DNA of 57,540 nucleotides from Trypethelium eluteriae (Eukaryota): NCBI GenBank assembly GCA_051942245.1, contig JAVECL010000085.1, positions 1 to 57,540 of the forward strand, read 5' to 3'. Shown piece by piece: positions 35,301 to 48,502 of this stretch (position 1 is its first letter; each line of letters starts with the position of its first letter). The notes under the pieces were generated by a model. It saw only the letters and a program-made list of their open reading frames with translations, ran no database searches and was not told where the DNA came from. The position numbers and the translations under genes were made by a program.

Positions 35301-36799
35301 AAGCAATATTGGGATGTTGTTGCCACAGGGACACAAGATGCGCAGGACATCATTACAGCGTTCCCTTTCCATGACTACTTTTCAAATCTACCAAGTCCCC
35401 TGTTTTCCGAAAATGCATCGAGGAGAGAAGTAGTGGACATCATTTCAGGTTGCTATCGGCACATCGAAAAGATCTTCTCTGAACTTGAAGATATCCGCCC
35501 TTTTGAGATCCTGCGCAATTCGCGCGACAAGGCAAACTATCTTCTCGTCAAAGAAGCTCGAATCATCGCCATGACCAGCACGCACGCCGCCATGCGCCGC
35601 CAAGAAATCGCAAATCTTGGTTTCCACTACGACAATGTCATCATGGAAGAAGCCGCCCAAATCACGGAGATCGAGAACTTCATCCCGCTTGCGCTTCAAA
35701 ACCCCCAAGAACTAAAGAACGAGCATTCAGGAAAGGACATGCCTCTCCAACGCGTCGTCCTCATCGGCGACCATTTCCAAAACAGCCCCATTATCCAGAA
35801 CCAGGCATTTAGCCAGTATGCCAACCTCGAACAATCTCTCTTTCTCCGGTTCGTGCGTCTGGGCGTGCCGACCATCATGCTCGACGCGCAGGGCCGAGCG
35901 CGACCCAGCCTTGCAGAACTGTACAAGTGGCGGTATCCCGCGTTGCAGAACCTACCCAACGTGCTCACGGATCCGGAGTTCCAGACCGCGAACGCGGGCT
36001 TCCGGTACGACTACCAATTCGTCGACGTGCCGGACTATAAGGGCAAAGGAGAAAGCACGCCGTCGCCGCACTTTGTGCAGAATCTGGGTGAGGCGGAATA
36101 TGCGGTCGCGCTGTTCATGTACATGCGATTGCTTGGGTATCCAGCGAGCAGAATCAGTATACTGGCTACGTATGCGGGACAGAGGGCGCTGATCCGGGAT
36201 GTGTTGGCGCATCGGTGTCGGGATAACCGGTTGTTTGGCATGCCGAGGACGGTGAGTACGGTGGATCGGTATCAGGGGGAGCAGAATGATTGTATGTCTT
36301 TCCAACAATTTTCCAAGGGTGTCAAGGAATTCTCGGTACTAACTTTCGATCAGATATCATCCTCTCGCTCACCCGCACCACCCGACCCGGATACCTACGT
36401 TCCTTGCGCCGTCTCACTGTTGCGCTTTCTCGTGCTCGTCTGGGTTTGTACATTCTCGGACGCCGCGCCGTTTTTGAAGTCGTTCCGGAACTGCATGCTG
36501 CGTTTGAGCTCCTGTTTCAACGTCCGGATACGCTGAGGCTTGTAACTGGGGAATTGCAGCCTACTGCGCGGGTGCTCAATGACGATGTCGGAGAGGGAGT
36601 TGAAATGACTGGCGTGGAGCATCTCGGGCAGTACGTGTTTGAAATGACGCAGGCGAAGGTAGAAGCGATCAAGAAGGGAGAGGGGCTATTGCCCCCGGAG
36701 GAGAAAGTCGTTGTTGGAGATGACGACGAGGATGATGGAGCCGGCGTGATAGACGAGGAGTTAGAAGAAGATCTTGATGATCCTGTACAGGTAGAATGA
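32385..36799 (+). CDS. cwf11: Intron-binding spliceosomal RNA helicase Aquarius/Cwf11
   Basis: SF1 helicase motifs GPPGTGKT, AHSNQALN, MEEAAQI, TVDRYQGEQND and LTVALSRARLGLY, plus Aquarius-specific LAVPKLNLQYL. Introns at 32731-32781 and about 36293-36353. Confidence 0.93.
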
Positions 36800-37602
36800 G
36801 GGCCACTGTCTATACGATACAGTCTTGCATCGGCGGGCGTTTAGATACCACGACTTTCTCAAGCAATTCAAGCTTCGAGTTCTGTACAGCGAATAGCTCA
36901 ACGAGAGGTAGACATTGGAGCTTTCTCTTTACGAGCAAGGCGACGGCCATACACCCCATCCAACACGCTTTGCAGGGCATCCTCAACTCTGGATCATTGA
37001 CATGGTTTCTCAGCCTGCGAAGGTCGATGCCTCTGCGACGTAGTTCTAATGTCCTCTGCAGAGTTCCATGATGAAGTATTCCTACATGTCCCTGCTCGTA
37101 AGTCCCTTTCAATGACGCTCGTATCACAAACGATAACAAATAGTATTCTCTTCGCTTAAAAACATCAGCATTCTGGAAGTTCGAGCATGCATACACAAAA
37201 AAGCGCCTAGACTAGAACATCTTTAGGATAAAGAAGGCAAGACAAGTTAGACACTTCAGTCTACACAGAGTGAGAAAAAAAAAAGATAAACTTGTTACGA
37301 AGAAGAGCTTGCCAAAGAAGGGATAAGAAATCTGGATGCCAATAGAAGACACCAACATTTCGACATCCAGATTTTGTAGGAAACATTTGGCAATAAGCAT
37401 TCAGGGACAGCGGATAAGAGACTGACAGAAACCCGAACAAGTACAAGCGAGAGATTAATCCAGAGCGCCGGAGTCTACTTCATAGGACTCGGGAAACTGG
37501 AAAAAGCTCTTCAGCCACAAGACAGTCGCCTTGACCTTGAGGCTTCCATCTGTTATCGCACCCTCACGGTCCCTCTGTTCGAAAAATTGCACCACCACAT
37601 CT

Positions 37603-38928
37603 CTAATCTATCAGGCCAGACCAATCTTGCGCGGCAGAGCGAGAAGCAGCGCTCTGAAGCGCCTGCTGTACGTTGCCCTTGGTGCTGTTTAGTCCAACTT
37701 CGTAGCCATCATAGCCGGTGCAGCATCCTGTCCAGCAATTCTGCGTTCCGTCAGGACCAGGGGTGAACTCCCAGTAGACGAATGGGATCCCAGCCCCATT
37801 GATAGCCGACGCTTGAGAATCGAAGTTGTCCGTGTCGCTGGTTGTTACGCCCCACTCCTCAACATAGAGTAGCTTGTTGTTTGACGCGGCCGTGCTCTCC
37901 ATGCTTGGCAAATTACTGGACCAGAAATTTGCCGTTCCAACGTAGCTGAACTGAATTAGACTAAAATAAATGCAAAGAACAGGGAAGCTTCGTAGCTCAC
38001 CCATGAATGCTGATCAGGTCGATTGCAGAGCATTCGATAGCTTTGGGCATGAGATTGTTTCCGTGGCTTTGGTCCCCACCAACCCCGCCCGTCGCCAATT
38101 TAACACCAGAATTATTAATGAGGGCATTCATATTTCCAGCTCGACCACAGAGCCAGTCATTTGGGTCGTTATTCGAGGCCTGATCTTCGGCTTGCTGAAA
38201 CGGCTCATTTTGGATATCGAAAGCTAGGATAGCCTCACCCCATTGGCTCCAAGCCTTTCCGCTGCTCCGCGATTTGTAGTTCAGCACATGAGCCATACGA
38301 GCATCATATCTAGAAACAAGTCAGCAGAGACACTGGGATGAACCGGAGAAGTGAGTCAGACTGAGATTTTGCAGTCGTGCTAGAGTAAAAGCTGTCACCA
38401 GCGGAATCGCTTTTGCTGCAACCGTAGGCCTTTCCGTAGACATCGCAAGAGTTCAACCCAAAGGCGTTTCCGTCATGAGGTGATATAATCGCCTTTATGC
38501 CCTTTGTAACGAGTTTTGCCAGTACCCCATCCAGGGCATCGAGTACAGTATCGTTGTAAGTGCCAATTGAGTCAGGCTCAAGATCCGGGATCGATGAAAC
38601 AACCTTGCTTCCCTTTTGGCATCCCGCATTTAGCTCAGTGACTGGACTGCAGATTAGCATTGATGAAGCATCGAGAACCTGTCGTTCTCGTGCCATGGAG
38701 TGCATGATCAGGAGAGGGCATTACGAAAGACATACCCCAAAGACGTACAGCCTTAGCCTTGTCTGACGCAAGGATGTTGATGTAGTAGTCTTGATCTGAG
38801 TCCGACAACCCATGTAGGAAGTAGAGATTGCCGCCACCCCATGAATTGGAGGCTCTCTTCTGAAGTGTGAGCCCACGGATGACAGGAGCAGAGCCAAGAG
38901 CCAAAAGAGAAACAAGTGTAAATTTCAT
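37603..38928 (-). CDS. Secreted GH5 glycoside hydrolase (endo-beta-mannanase-like), 4 exons
   Basis: Signal peptide and KR propeptide site, then GGNLYFLHGL, KAIISPHDGN, acid/base motif AFDIQNEP, ISIHG|Y and nucleophile motif YVEEWG. Confidence 0.85.
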
Positions 38929-41776
38929 TGTGCGTTACTCTCGGATTGAAGCTTGAAATTGCCTTTGACAACAGAAATGCTGGTTTCGTTGGTTGAAGTA
39001 GTGATGTATGGAAAAGCCTGATCTTTCAGAGCTCTTTATATCCATTGCTCATTGCTTTTTTTCAGAGATGTAGCTCGCTGAATCTAACCCTGAAAACCCG
39101 AAAACTTCCACTTCAAGAATGCCTGATATCCTCCTGTCCCACGAAGGAAGAGATCGACGAAGATCCACTCATTGAAGCTCCATCATAGCCGTGTAGTTGT
39201 GATCGTAGCTTATGGCCGTAATGAGTAAAACCCGCATTAGGATCCTTCGCAGTAAAGCGATGCCGCACAGCCTTCATTCAGCGATAGAATTATCGCAGGT
39301 AAGGCTGCTTCGGAGTCGCTCCCCGCATCGATCATCCAGTCTGGAGGAAAAGGTATGGGGCACTGCTGTCTCGTATTGTTCGTCCAGATTACTGGGACGA
39401 ATTGAAGTTATATGGTTCACGTAACATCGGCCGTGCCCAACATAACAAAGGGACAAAGGTACAGGGACTCTTCTCGCGACGATAATCAAGGACTGAACTA
39501 CCAGGCTTCGGACTTCCTACTCGGCAGTGATCAACATGGTTAGTGATGTATATCCCTGCGGGTCACTCCTGATGACGGCGACCTGCATGCCACCCCTAGC
39601 ACTTTGTTGATGCGCTTTTTATAACATGTCTAGAGACAGACATTACGAGCAGCTAGCCAATAGGCTCCTCAATGCATATACCGTCAAACTTGATGAGGTA
39701 GTATCTCGGTAGCTTGATATAGATCTCTAGAAAAAGGTGCTTGTCGGGGTAACAGTTGAGCAGAGTCCTACAGACGCTGCAAACTCTGCTTGGTGGCCAC
39801 ATATGAGCTGCCGCTAGAGCTCAAGCCACATCGGAGCTCTTCAAAAATGCCAGCTTGGAAGACACGGAAGTTATCAATTTGAGGGTCAGTCGCTTGCGAT
39901 CGCGCTCTGCTTTGTAGATCTCCCGGGAAGACTAGAGACGACAAAATCACTTGTTCCGTCAAACATTATTGTGATCCAGGGAAGAGTCGTGGATGCGAAA
40001 GCGAAGTCGAGCACAGGCGACATGTTGCAAGCAGGGAGAAAGCCCAAAAGAGCTGCATCCGGCGCAACTAGGATAGAGTAGGGATAGAGTAGGGAGAGGT
40101 GAGAGAAGCGGTGCTCTAAGCGAGAGTGGCGAGCTTCGTGAAGCCGCGGCTTCGTCCAGAAGTGCCCCCTGCCTGCACTCTACTTAAACAGGCAAGTGCA
40201 AGCTCCTCTCGTCCAATTCAGTCTTTCTCTCCATCAACCATTATCGCCCCTGCATCGATCACAGCGTCAGAACCTCCACAGTAGGAAGCAGTATAGAGTA
40301 AAGCTGGTCTTCTCCAGGTGAACATGATTCCACAATCGCTAATAAGCTTCTAGACTATACATGCATGCTCAGAACATAGCAGAAGAGACGTATTCATCTA
40401 GGCCAAAGGACGGGTTCTCCGACGAATCCTATACTGTACGTTGCCCTTTAGCGATAGTACCCCGAGCCCATAGTATGCCGTATCGGGCTTCAGATCTGAC
40501 CCCATCGACACTTGGATTGCAAAGGCGGTAACAGTCAAGGCGAAACTCAAAAGAATAATCTGCTTCGCAGACTGTAAACCTTGTCATACGTGGACGGCTC
40601 CACCCAAAGGTACCCACGCGCGATCCAATCCCTTCATTCTCAATTTCGGTCTCGATCCACTTAGTACCCAGTATACAATACTTTGCTGAGGACGTTGGGC
40701 ATGATGTAATGGATGCCCAAGATGCGCGGCACAATACTCGCCGCAATCTCGATTTCTACTTCAATCAGCAAGACCAAAGCTTACTTGTGCTGACCGTCAT
40801 GGCCTATCTAGACTTCCGTGACTATGATGTCTCGAGTCAATATGGGCTATTTGGACCGCATCGCCATCCGTCGCAGTGTTGCTGCCACGGCTCAATCGGC
40901 AGCGCAGTAGAAGGTATACCACTACCAAGATAGGTAGACTTTGTAGAGCCGACCCTGAACAGGAAACATCTGGAACTCTCAATTCCTTCAAGTCCTTTTC
41001 TCGACTTGTGGCTGCGGTCCAGCAGCCACGGAGCTTTGCACTTTAATTAGTCCAAGACTCTCTCAGTAAGGGACTTTGAAGCAAAGGCAAGTTCTCGGAT
41101 TACGATATTTGGCTGTCTCTTGTCCAATTTTGCCCCGCCCCGTCGGCAAACATGCATACTTGACGCGCGCACATTACTCTGCTAGGCCTGGCAAAACGAG
41201 CTATTGAGACAAGCGAAAATTCCCAAAACTATTCGGTCTGAACATCTTACCTACGTGCCAAAAGATAGTGAGATAAAGAATGACTGCTTGGAGCTTGCGA
41301 TTTTGTCGAGGACTTCTTGAATGACGCGAAACTGAAACAGAAACAAGACTATCCGAAAGTTCTTCCATTCCTTCTTATAACCTATCTCACTACGCTCTTG
41401 CTCACAGTTCTGGGATCATATTGAATGGCATTGAAATCGATTGAAGGGCATTATCCGAAACGTTGAGACTAATATATTTTGAGATTCGGCAACATAATGT
41501 AATCAGAAGCAGAGTGGACTCCCTGTTCGGTCACGGAGCTCGCCGATGTAGGTACTGTATTTGATGGCAACACCTGGTCCATTCCAAGTTCTGCTGAGCT
41601 GTTCTCAAAGAGCGCCAATTGCACAATTATCTAGCCGTTCTCTGTCAGACCATTCCGATAAAGCTTGCCGCTGCTGTATATTATGCTGATTCCTCACAAT
41701 CCCAGTACCGTTGTTTAACCCCCTTCGAGTTCTGTTTTTTCACATTACTGTTAGTGCATTCCATCAAAAGGAAATA

Positions 41777-42820
41777 ATGAGAATTGTTTTCTTCCTTAGT
41801 ATTCTCACCAGTGGGGCAGTCGCGCTCTTGCCTAACAGCTCAATACATGACCCGAGCCCTTTCACGCGTAATCAAACACTATGCACACCCGAGACATGCG
41901 GCGATGGGTGTAACTATACTTCCGGTCAACTCTCTGAGGCTTCTGGAAATTCAAAAATCCCACTTGACTTTTACACGACTACAGGAACGAACCTTACGGA
42001 TGGTCTGCAACGGCATGTGCACGGTCTACGAAAGCGGACTCTCGAGCCTATTTCCCGAATAGCTGATACACACGAATACATCCGGAATTTATCTCGTTAT
42101 ATTTCGCGAAAGGCTAGCTGGGTTCCTAGTCCTCATCGAGTCAATCGACTCCTGAGGAGGGATGCGCCGTTTAAGAAGGCGTTTAGATTCCCCAGCTCTG
42201 GAGACGATGCCTTCGGAGTCGGGAATCTGTTTGGATGCACAGCTGTTATGATCGTATCCTCGAGGGGTGTCGTTCTCTCGCATATCTGGGAAGTGCCTGA
42301 CTTTGTGGATGCACGAGGGGTCGACCAAACTCCTGATTCGTTCCTTTCCCGGATCTCCGAATTCCTCCGAGGAAGTGACGAAGATTCAGCCGGGTTTGAT
42401 GTCCTCAAAAGACCCTATGAGATCCTCAGCCAACAGTATAATCCCGAGGTCTTTCTTGTTACACCTTACACGAGTGATGAAGAAAGAATGCACGGCATGC
42501 ACACAATTCTTCGATATCAGGGATCAATCATTAGACTTTCGGATTGGTTATGGTCGCATTTTCCCAGTGGCATGCCTAGGATTGTAGGATACACCAGACG
42601 TAATCGATCAGAGGTTACTCTGGATAACCGCAAAGTCACTAGCCGAACACCATGGCGTGGCGTGGGCGCACGTGCTATTGTAGAAGTCGACATGAACGGA
42701 ACAAACGTTATCTGTACCGATGGCACCCGAGTCCTTCCCGATATCTGCCTAAGAGAATGGAGATTGTGGGTGGAGGATACACTCATCGAGACTCGACGTT
42801 TTATCCTTCCTGAGAATTAG
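41777..42820 (+). CDS. Secreted hypothetical protein with CNF1/CheD-like Cys-His motif
   Basis: Intronless ORF with signal peptide MRIVFFLSILTSGAVALLP, a small Cys cluster (CTPETCGDGC), a Kex2-type LRKR site, and the motif NLFGCTAVMIVSSRGVVLSHIWE. Confidence 0.7.
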   Translation: MRIVFFLSILTSGAVALLPNSSIHDPSPFTRNQTLCTPETCGDGCNYTSGQLSEASGNSKIPLDFYTTTGTNLTDGLQRHVHGLRKRTLEPISRIADTHEYIRNLSRYISRKASWVPSPHRVNRLLRRDAPFKKAFRFPSSGDDAFGVGNLFGCTAVMIVSSRGVVLSHIWEVPDFVDARGVDQTPDSFLSRISEFLRGSDEDSAGFDVLKRPYEILSQQYNPEVFLVTPYTSDEERMHGMHTILRYQGSIIRLSDWLWSHFPSGMPRIVGYTRRNRSEVTLDNRKVTSRTPWRGVGARAIVEVDMNGTNVICTDGTRVLPDICLREWRLWVEDTLIETRRFILPEN

Positions 42821-44129
42821 CTCCGAAGGATTGATATTCTCAAAAAAGGAGACCATCGCATGGTTACTACCCTAATCCTGGGACAAACCTCTCGAGGGGG
42901 TTGAATGACTCTTCTTGCTTCTCATTTCTCGTCCCTAACTTTTTTTTTGTTTGTTCACATATTCACCATCCCTCAACTCCATTGAAAGAGTGATTAGGGT
43001 GAAGAGCTGTAGATGCCGGTATCAAGATGGTGACATCCTTGGACGGGGTTCAAGAACGGGCTATTGTGTAGGAATGGTGTTCGTACTGTACAGTTTGGTG
43101 GCTTTCGTCGGGCAATGTGCGTGTCTCATCTCTGGATAAGTCCATGCTTTGGGGGAAGTTTTGCCGTTACCTTGTTGCAAAGGGGCAGCCAGCCAACCAT
43201 CCGGGAGAGAGTACATCACGTTAGTCTGCTTCAGAAGGGATCTGAATGGTGCACCGTGTTCCCTCAAAAATAATGCCCCGTAGCTTCAAGCCATTTTCTT
43301 ATGTGGTCAAAGCAAGGGGGTGGCCAAAAGTAGATTTCGCTACAGATCGGAGTCCTACAGGATTTGCAGCCTTTCGCATCTCGGGCCCGGACTAATACCG
43401 GTGATGAAAGCTAGAAAGGATGGGCAATCACTCAGGTACAGTAGAAAACGAGGGAAGATCTTCGGACCGAGCCGCGAAGGAAAGAAAGCAAGGGTGCTTA
43501 TGCTGGAGGGGTTCAAAGAATAGACGCCAATAGGTGGTCTTGATCCTCAAGATGGGCATATGCCACCTAGACGTTGAATTCTCTGGTAACTCTGCTGTAC
43601 TCTGTACATGTACGTTTACTTGGACATATTTGATAACCAGCTTGAGCCGTAGGACGATAAAGCGTAGAAGGCGCCAATCTCATTGATGCATCCAGATCAA
43701 GTGCCCAATGTATGACCCACCCGTGGGAGAAGCGCATGATACAAGTAGCGCGGAGGATGGTAAGGCTGAGTACTAAGTAATGCTTAGCTGTTCCTGATAA
43801 GGACTGTGCAGCTTATGCCGAGAATTATTGATGTACAGTACCTGTTGTTGTTGATGGTGGGGTGGGATCTTGCGGTTGTGCGGATCCGAAAAAGCCCACC
43901 CACAGAAAGTCCGTGCGCCCTCGTGGTGGCCCTGCATACAGACATACTTACATACACACCTTCTTGTCGGTGTGAGAGTTTTAGGTGGTTGTTTACCTAC
44001 CTGTACCTTTACCACCAATCCGCGCCACCTCCACCTTGCTCTTGGTCATCCCAGTCTTGAAGCTCTGCCCCTCATCTTCGCAACTACGCGTGCGCTTGTA
44101 TGTAGCGCCCCACTCTGGTCCATCTCGCT

Positions 44130-47100
44130 ATGGATGCTTCTGCTCTGAGGGACCGGATAAAGGCCACCCTTGATGCAAACGCCAACACCAGAAAGCAAGC
44201 AGAGCTCGAACTAAGACATGTGCGTGTTCTGCGGTCCGAGACTGGTGCTGCTTTGATTTGGTGTAACTGACGCGTTTGCAGGCCGAGGACCAACCTGGTT
44301 TTCCCGACTGCCTCCTCAACATCCTCGAAACGGAGCAGGACCAGGGAGTAAGGCTTTCGAGTACGTCTGAACCAAGTACCGCTTTCCGATCGCGTTGCTA
44401 ATCGTGTTTAGCTGCCATCTACCTAAAGAGACGCGTCGAGAAGGGCTGGGCACCTGCAGAAGAGGCCCCAAACGCAAAGCCAATACCAGAAAATGAGCGC
44501 GACTCGTTTCGACAACGGCTCGTGCCAGTCCTGGCCTCATCTCAAAGCGCTGTGCAGGCTCAGTTGATCCCCACCCTTCAGAAGATCCTCCACTATGACT
44601 TTCCCAGCAAATGGCCGGATTTCCTCAACATCACGCTACAATTGCTTAGCAGCAACGACGCAAATTCCGTCTTCACCGGCCTACAATGCCTCCTCGCTAT
44701 CTGCAAAGTCTACCGTTACAAGTCTGGGGACAATAGAGGGGATTTTGATAACATCGTGGGCATGACGTTTCCCCAGCTTCTCCAAATCAATCAGCGCTTG
44801 GCAGGAGAGACGAGCCTGGAAGCTGCGGGAATGCTTAGGGCCGGTTTAAAAGCGTATAAGCATGCTGTCTATGTGAGATTCACCAATGCCCCATATAGCT
44901 GCTGCTGCTGCTGCTGACGATAGACCGTAGTTTGAGTTACCACCATACTTCCGCAGCCATGAAGCAATGGTAGGATGGTGCACACTATTCCTGACAGTGG
45001 TCTCTAAGGATCCACCTGAAAACTCTTTAACGGAGGACCTTGACGAACGAGAGCAGAATTATTGGTGGAAGTGTAAGAAGTGGTCTTATATGAACTTGAA
45101 CAGGACCTTCGTCCGGTAGCTTTTCCAACCCACGATCGCTTCTATGAAGATGTGCTAACACGTGCCTAGCTATGGTAATCCACAGGCCTTGCAAAAAGAC
45201 AATTCCGAACATCGCACGTTTGCCGAGTCATTCATTAACAACTTTGCTCCTCAAATACTTCAGACTTATCTCCAACAAGTGGAAAAATGGGTTGGGAAGA
45301 CGACATGGCTAAGCAAACCCTGCCTTTCTGGTACTCTATCATTCCTAGACGAGTGTGTCAAGCCGATGACGACCTGGAATCATCTGAAGCCCCATCTCGA
45401 GACACTCGTCACGCACCTCGTATTTCCTGTTCTGTGCCAGTCGGATGAGGATATCGAGCTTTTCGAGACGGACCCGCAAGAGTATCTACATCGCAAGCTC
45501 AACTTCTACGAAGAAGTCTCTGCGCCCGACGTTGCGGCAACTAATTTTCTCGTTTCGCTCACTAAATCTCGACGGAAAGAGACTTTTACGATACTGAATT
45601 TTGTCAATCAAGTTGTAAACAGATATGAGGCTGCGCCGGACCATGAAAAGAATGCCCGGGAGAAGGAGGGCGCCCTAAGGATGATTGGAACATTGTCGAG
45701 TGTTATCCTCGGGAAGGGGAGTCCCGTCGCAGAGCAGGTCGAGTACTTTTTTGTCCGACATGTCTTCCCAGAGTTCCGCAGTCGTCATGGCTTCCTCCGA
45801 GCACGTGCTTGCGATACACTTGAACAGTTCGAGGCAATGAAATTCAAGGACAACGAAAACCTTATGACCATCTACCGCAACATTCTGGAATCGATGGCCG
45901 ACCCGGAGCTTCCAGTTCGTGTCGAGGCTGCCTTAGCTCTTCAGCCTCTGATCAAACACGAGGTCATTCGACGTCTGATGCAGCAAAATATTCCCCAGAT
46001 TATGCAGCAGTTGCTCAAATTGACCAACGAAGTCGATGTTGATGCTTTGGCAAATGTGATGGAGGAATTTGTCGAGGTCTTTGCACAAGAACTAACTCCA
46101 TTTGCTGTTGCACTCAGCGAACAATTGCGCGAAACTTATTTGAAGCTTGTACGGGAGCTGATCGAACGAAACAACCTCAAAGAAGACGAAGACGATTATG
46201 GCGAATTCCTTGACGACAAGTCTATCACTGCGCTCGGTGTTTTACAAACCATCGGCACGCTCATTTTGACTCTCGAAAGCACGCCTGACGTTCTCCATCG
46301 TCTTGAAACGATCCTCATGCCCGTCATTTCCATCACACTTGAAAACAAACTCTATGACCTCTTTAACGAAGTGTTCGAAATCATCGATAGCTGCACCTTT
46401 GCAGCCAAGGCAATTTCTCCGACCATGTGGCAAGCCTTTGAATTAATCCATCGGACATTCAAAGCCGGCGCGGAGCTCTACCTTGAAGATATGCTGCCGG
46501 CTCTCGAAAACTTCGTTACCTACGGCTCCGAAGCGTTGGTGCAGAACCAGGCCTATCTAGATGCCATTGTCGACATGGTGCGAGTTATCTTCCACGACCA
46601 GAAAGTCGGCGGTGTCGATCGGATTTGCGGGTGCAAGCTCGCCGAAGTCATTATGCTTAGCTTGCGCGGCCATGTGGACCGGTACATCCCGGAATTCATC
46701 CAGCTTGCCATGGAGACATTGACGGATCAAAAACAAAAGGTGCTAGTTAAGAGCTATAAGGTGCACCTCATGGAGATCATCATCAATGCCATGTACTACA
46801 ACCCGCTGCTTGCCATGCACGTCCTTGAAACCAACGGATATACGAACAAGTTCTTCAGCATGTGGTTCATGAATATCGACAGTTTCACGCGGGTCCACGA
46901 CAAGAAGTTGAATATTGCGGCTATTAGTGAACTAATTACACTGCGCGCGGAGGACGTGCCTACAAGTGTGCAGCAGGGATGGCCAAGGTTGCTGCAAGGG
47001 ATCGTGAGACTATTCCAGACTCTGCCTGCCGCTATCAAAAGTAGGATCAACTCCATCCTCGTATTTCTCTCATTTTGCTGACTATTTTCTAGACCGGGAA

Positions 47101-47676
47101 GAATTGACCAAAGCCGATGAGTTCCAAGTCGACAATGAGGAGGATGAAGATGACGATGATTTGGAAGGCGAGGTTGACTGGTCTACTGAAGAGGTCGAAG
47201 AAGAGGGCGATGTAAAGGATGAGGGCGCTGCCTACATCGATTTCTTGAATAGAGAGGTGAGCAAATAGTATGCGTGGAATAAGTTGCTTGCCTAAACTTA
47301 CCTAGATCCAGGCCCAGAAGTACTCGCTCGGGAGCAGTAGTCTCGAAGCCGATGAAGAGCTAGAAGAGGAGAGCTTGCTCGAAACGCCTTTGGACAAAGT
47401 TGAGCCTTACCAAATGTTCAAACATAACTTCTTCCGTACGTGACCTTTATCCATTCCATGTCACTTCAGCAGCCGTGCTAACAGCCTGAACTACTAGGTC
47501 TCCAACAGGAACAACCGCAACTCTATGAGACTCTCACAAAGCCCTTGAATCCAGAGGAGCAACAAGTGCTACAGGCAGCGATTCACCAAGCCGATGCCAT
47601 CGCCCAGCAACAGGCTAAACTCGCGGCCGAAGGCCAGCAACAACCGCAACCGCATCAGACAAATGGACAACAGTAA
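44130..47676 (+). CDS. NMD5: Importin-7/8 family karyopherin (Nmd5/Sxm1-like), multi-exon
   Basis: IBN_N start MDASALRDRIKATLDANANTRKQAELEL, DFPSKWP, WWKCKKW, LFETDPQEY, EKEGALRMIG, GFLRARAC and RVHDKKL, with an acidic C-terminal loop. Confidence 0.88.
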
Positions 47677-48502
47677 TAGATAGATACCCCAACATCGACA
47701 TGATTTTCACCCTTGCGCTATTTGATCACGCCTCTCTTTCATATGGCTTTCCCTCTACACGTAGACTGGAGTGTTCACACAGGAAAAATCCCGACTTCAT
47801 GTTTTTCATTTGGTACGTCACCACAAACGAGCCGCGTCAGAATCTTCATCACCACATCAACTACAATCATCATCATCCTGTCTGTTGCTTCAGCGAGCAT
47901 GACGCCCTGGCGTTTACCTTTTCACGGCAAAAGATCCCGATTATCGTTTTGTGGGCTTCGAAGTGGGGGTTCTCGGAAGGAAGAAGAGGAGAGGTGGGGG
48001 AGACGATCTTGAATAGAGCGGGAACAGAGCTGTGACGGAAGTCAGGGTACGTCACGAGATGAGAAGTAGAAGACAGCATGATGTAAATAGGCATTTTTCG
48101 AGATCTGCTGGAGACATGAGAGCATGAGACGAAATGGTAGGACAGTATCCCCAGGATGAAGTAGGCAAACAGGATAGTGAATAGGTTTTCGAAAGATCTT
48201 TGAAAAACATTACCAGTATATCTGTGGAAGATGCCTGACTACGGCTTCGAACGAATCATTTCCACTGAGTTTGGACCAAAGCCGTGGTCAACAGTCGACA
48301 CTGAAAAGAATGAAGCTGGAAGTGATGCGATCACCTGTAGGAGCGATGGATCAAGGCGTGGGCAAATGGAGGTTTTATGTATTGTTGCGTAGAGAGCAAA
48401 GGAATCACTGTATCTAGTCTTTGTACCTTCAGAGGCAGGCACGACCAAGCTAATATCTCAGCTTTCATTTCTCGGTAACTTGAAGCCCGTGAAACCCTTT
48501 CC

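Noticed and set aside
22861..36799. Two spliceosome factors (Aar2, Aquarius) in the same window as the intron-bearing tRNA
   Set aside because: Separated by unrelated housekeeping genes; fungal gene order gives no support for a functional cluster.
37067..37180. ATGATGA box C-like motif (possible C/D snoRNA)
   Set aside because: No properly placed CTGA box D or terminal stem identified.
40069..40099. Short degenerate TAGGGATAGAG tandem repeat
   Set aside because: Only 2-3 imperfect units; not telomeric or CRISPR-like.
40429..40991. Short ORFs in the accessory interval
   Set aside because: No frame gives a recognisable protein; a pseudogene call cannot be supported.
44898..44917. (GCT)n microsatellite giving poly-Cys in the ORF track
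   Set aside because: Lies inside an importin intron, running into its CTGAC branch site; not coding.
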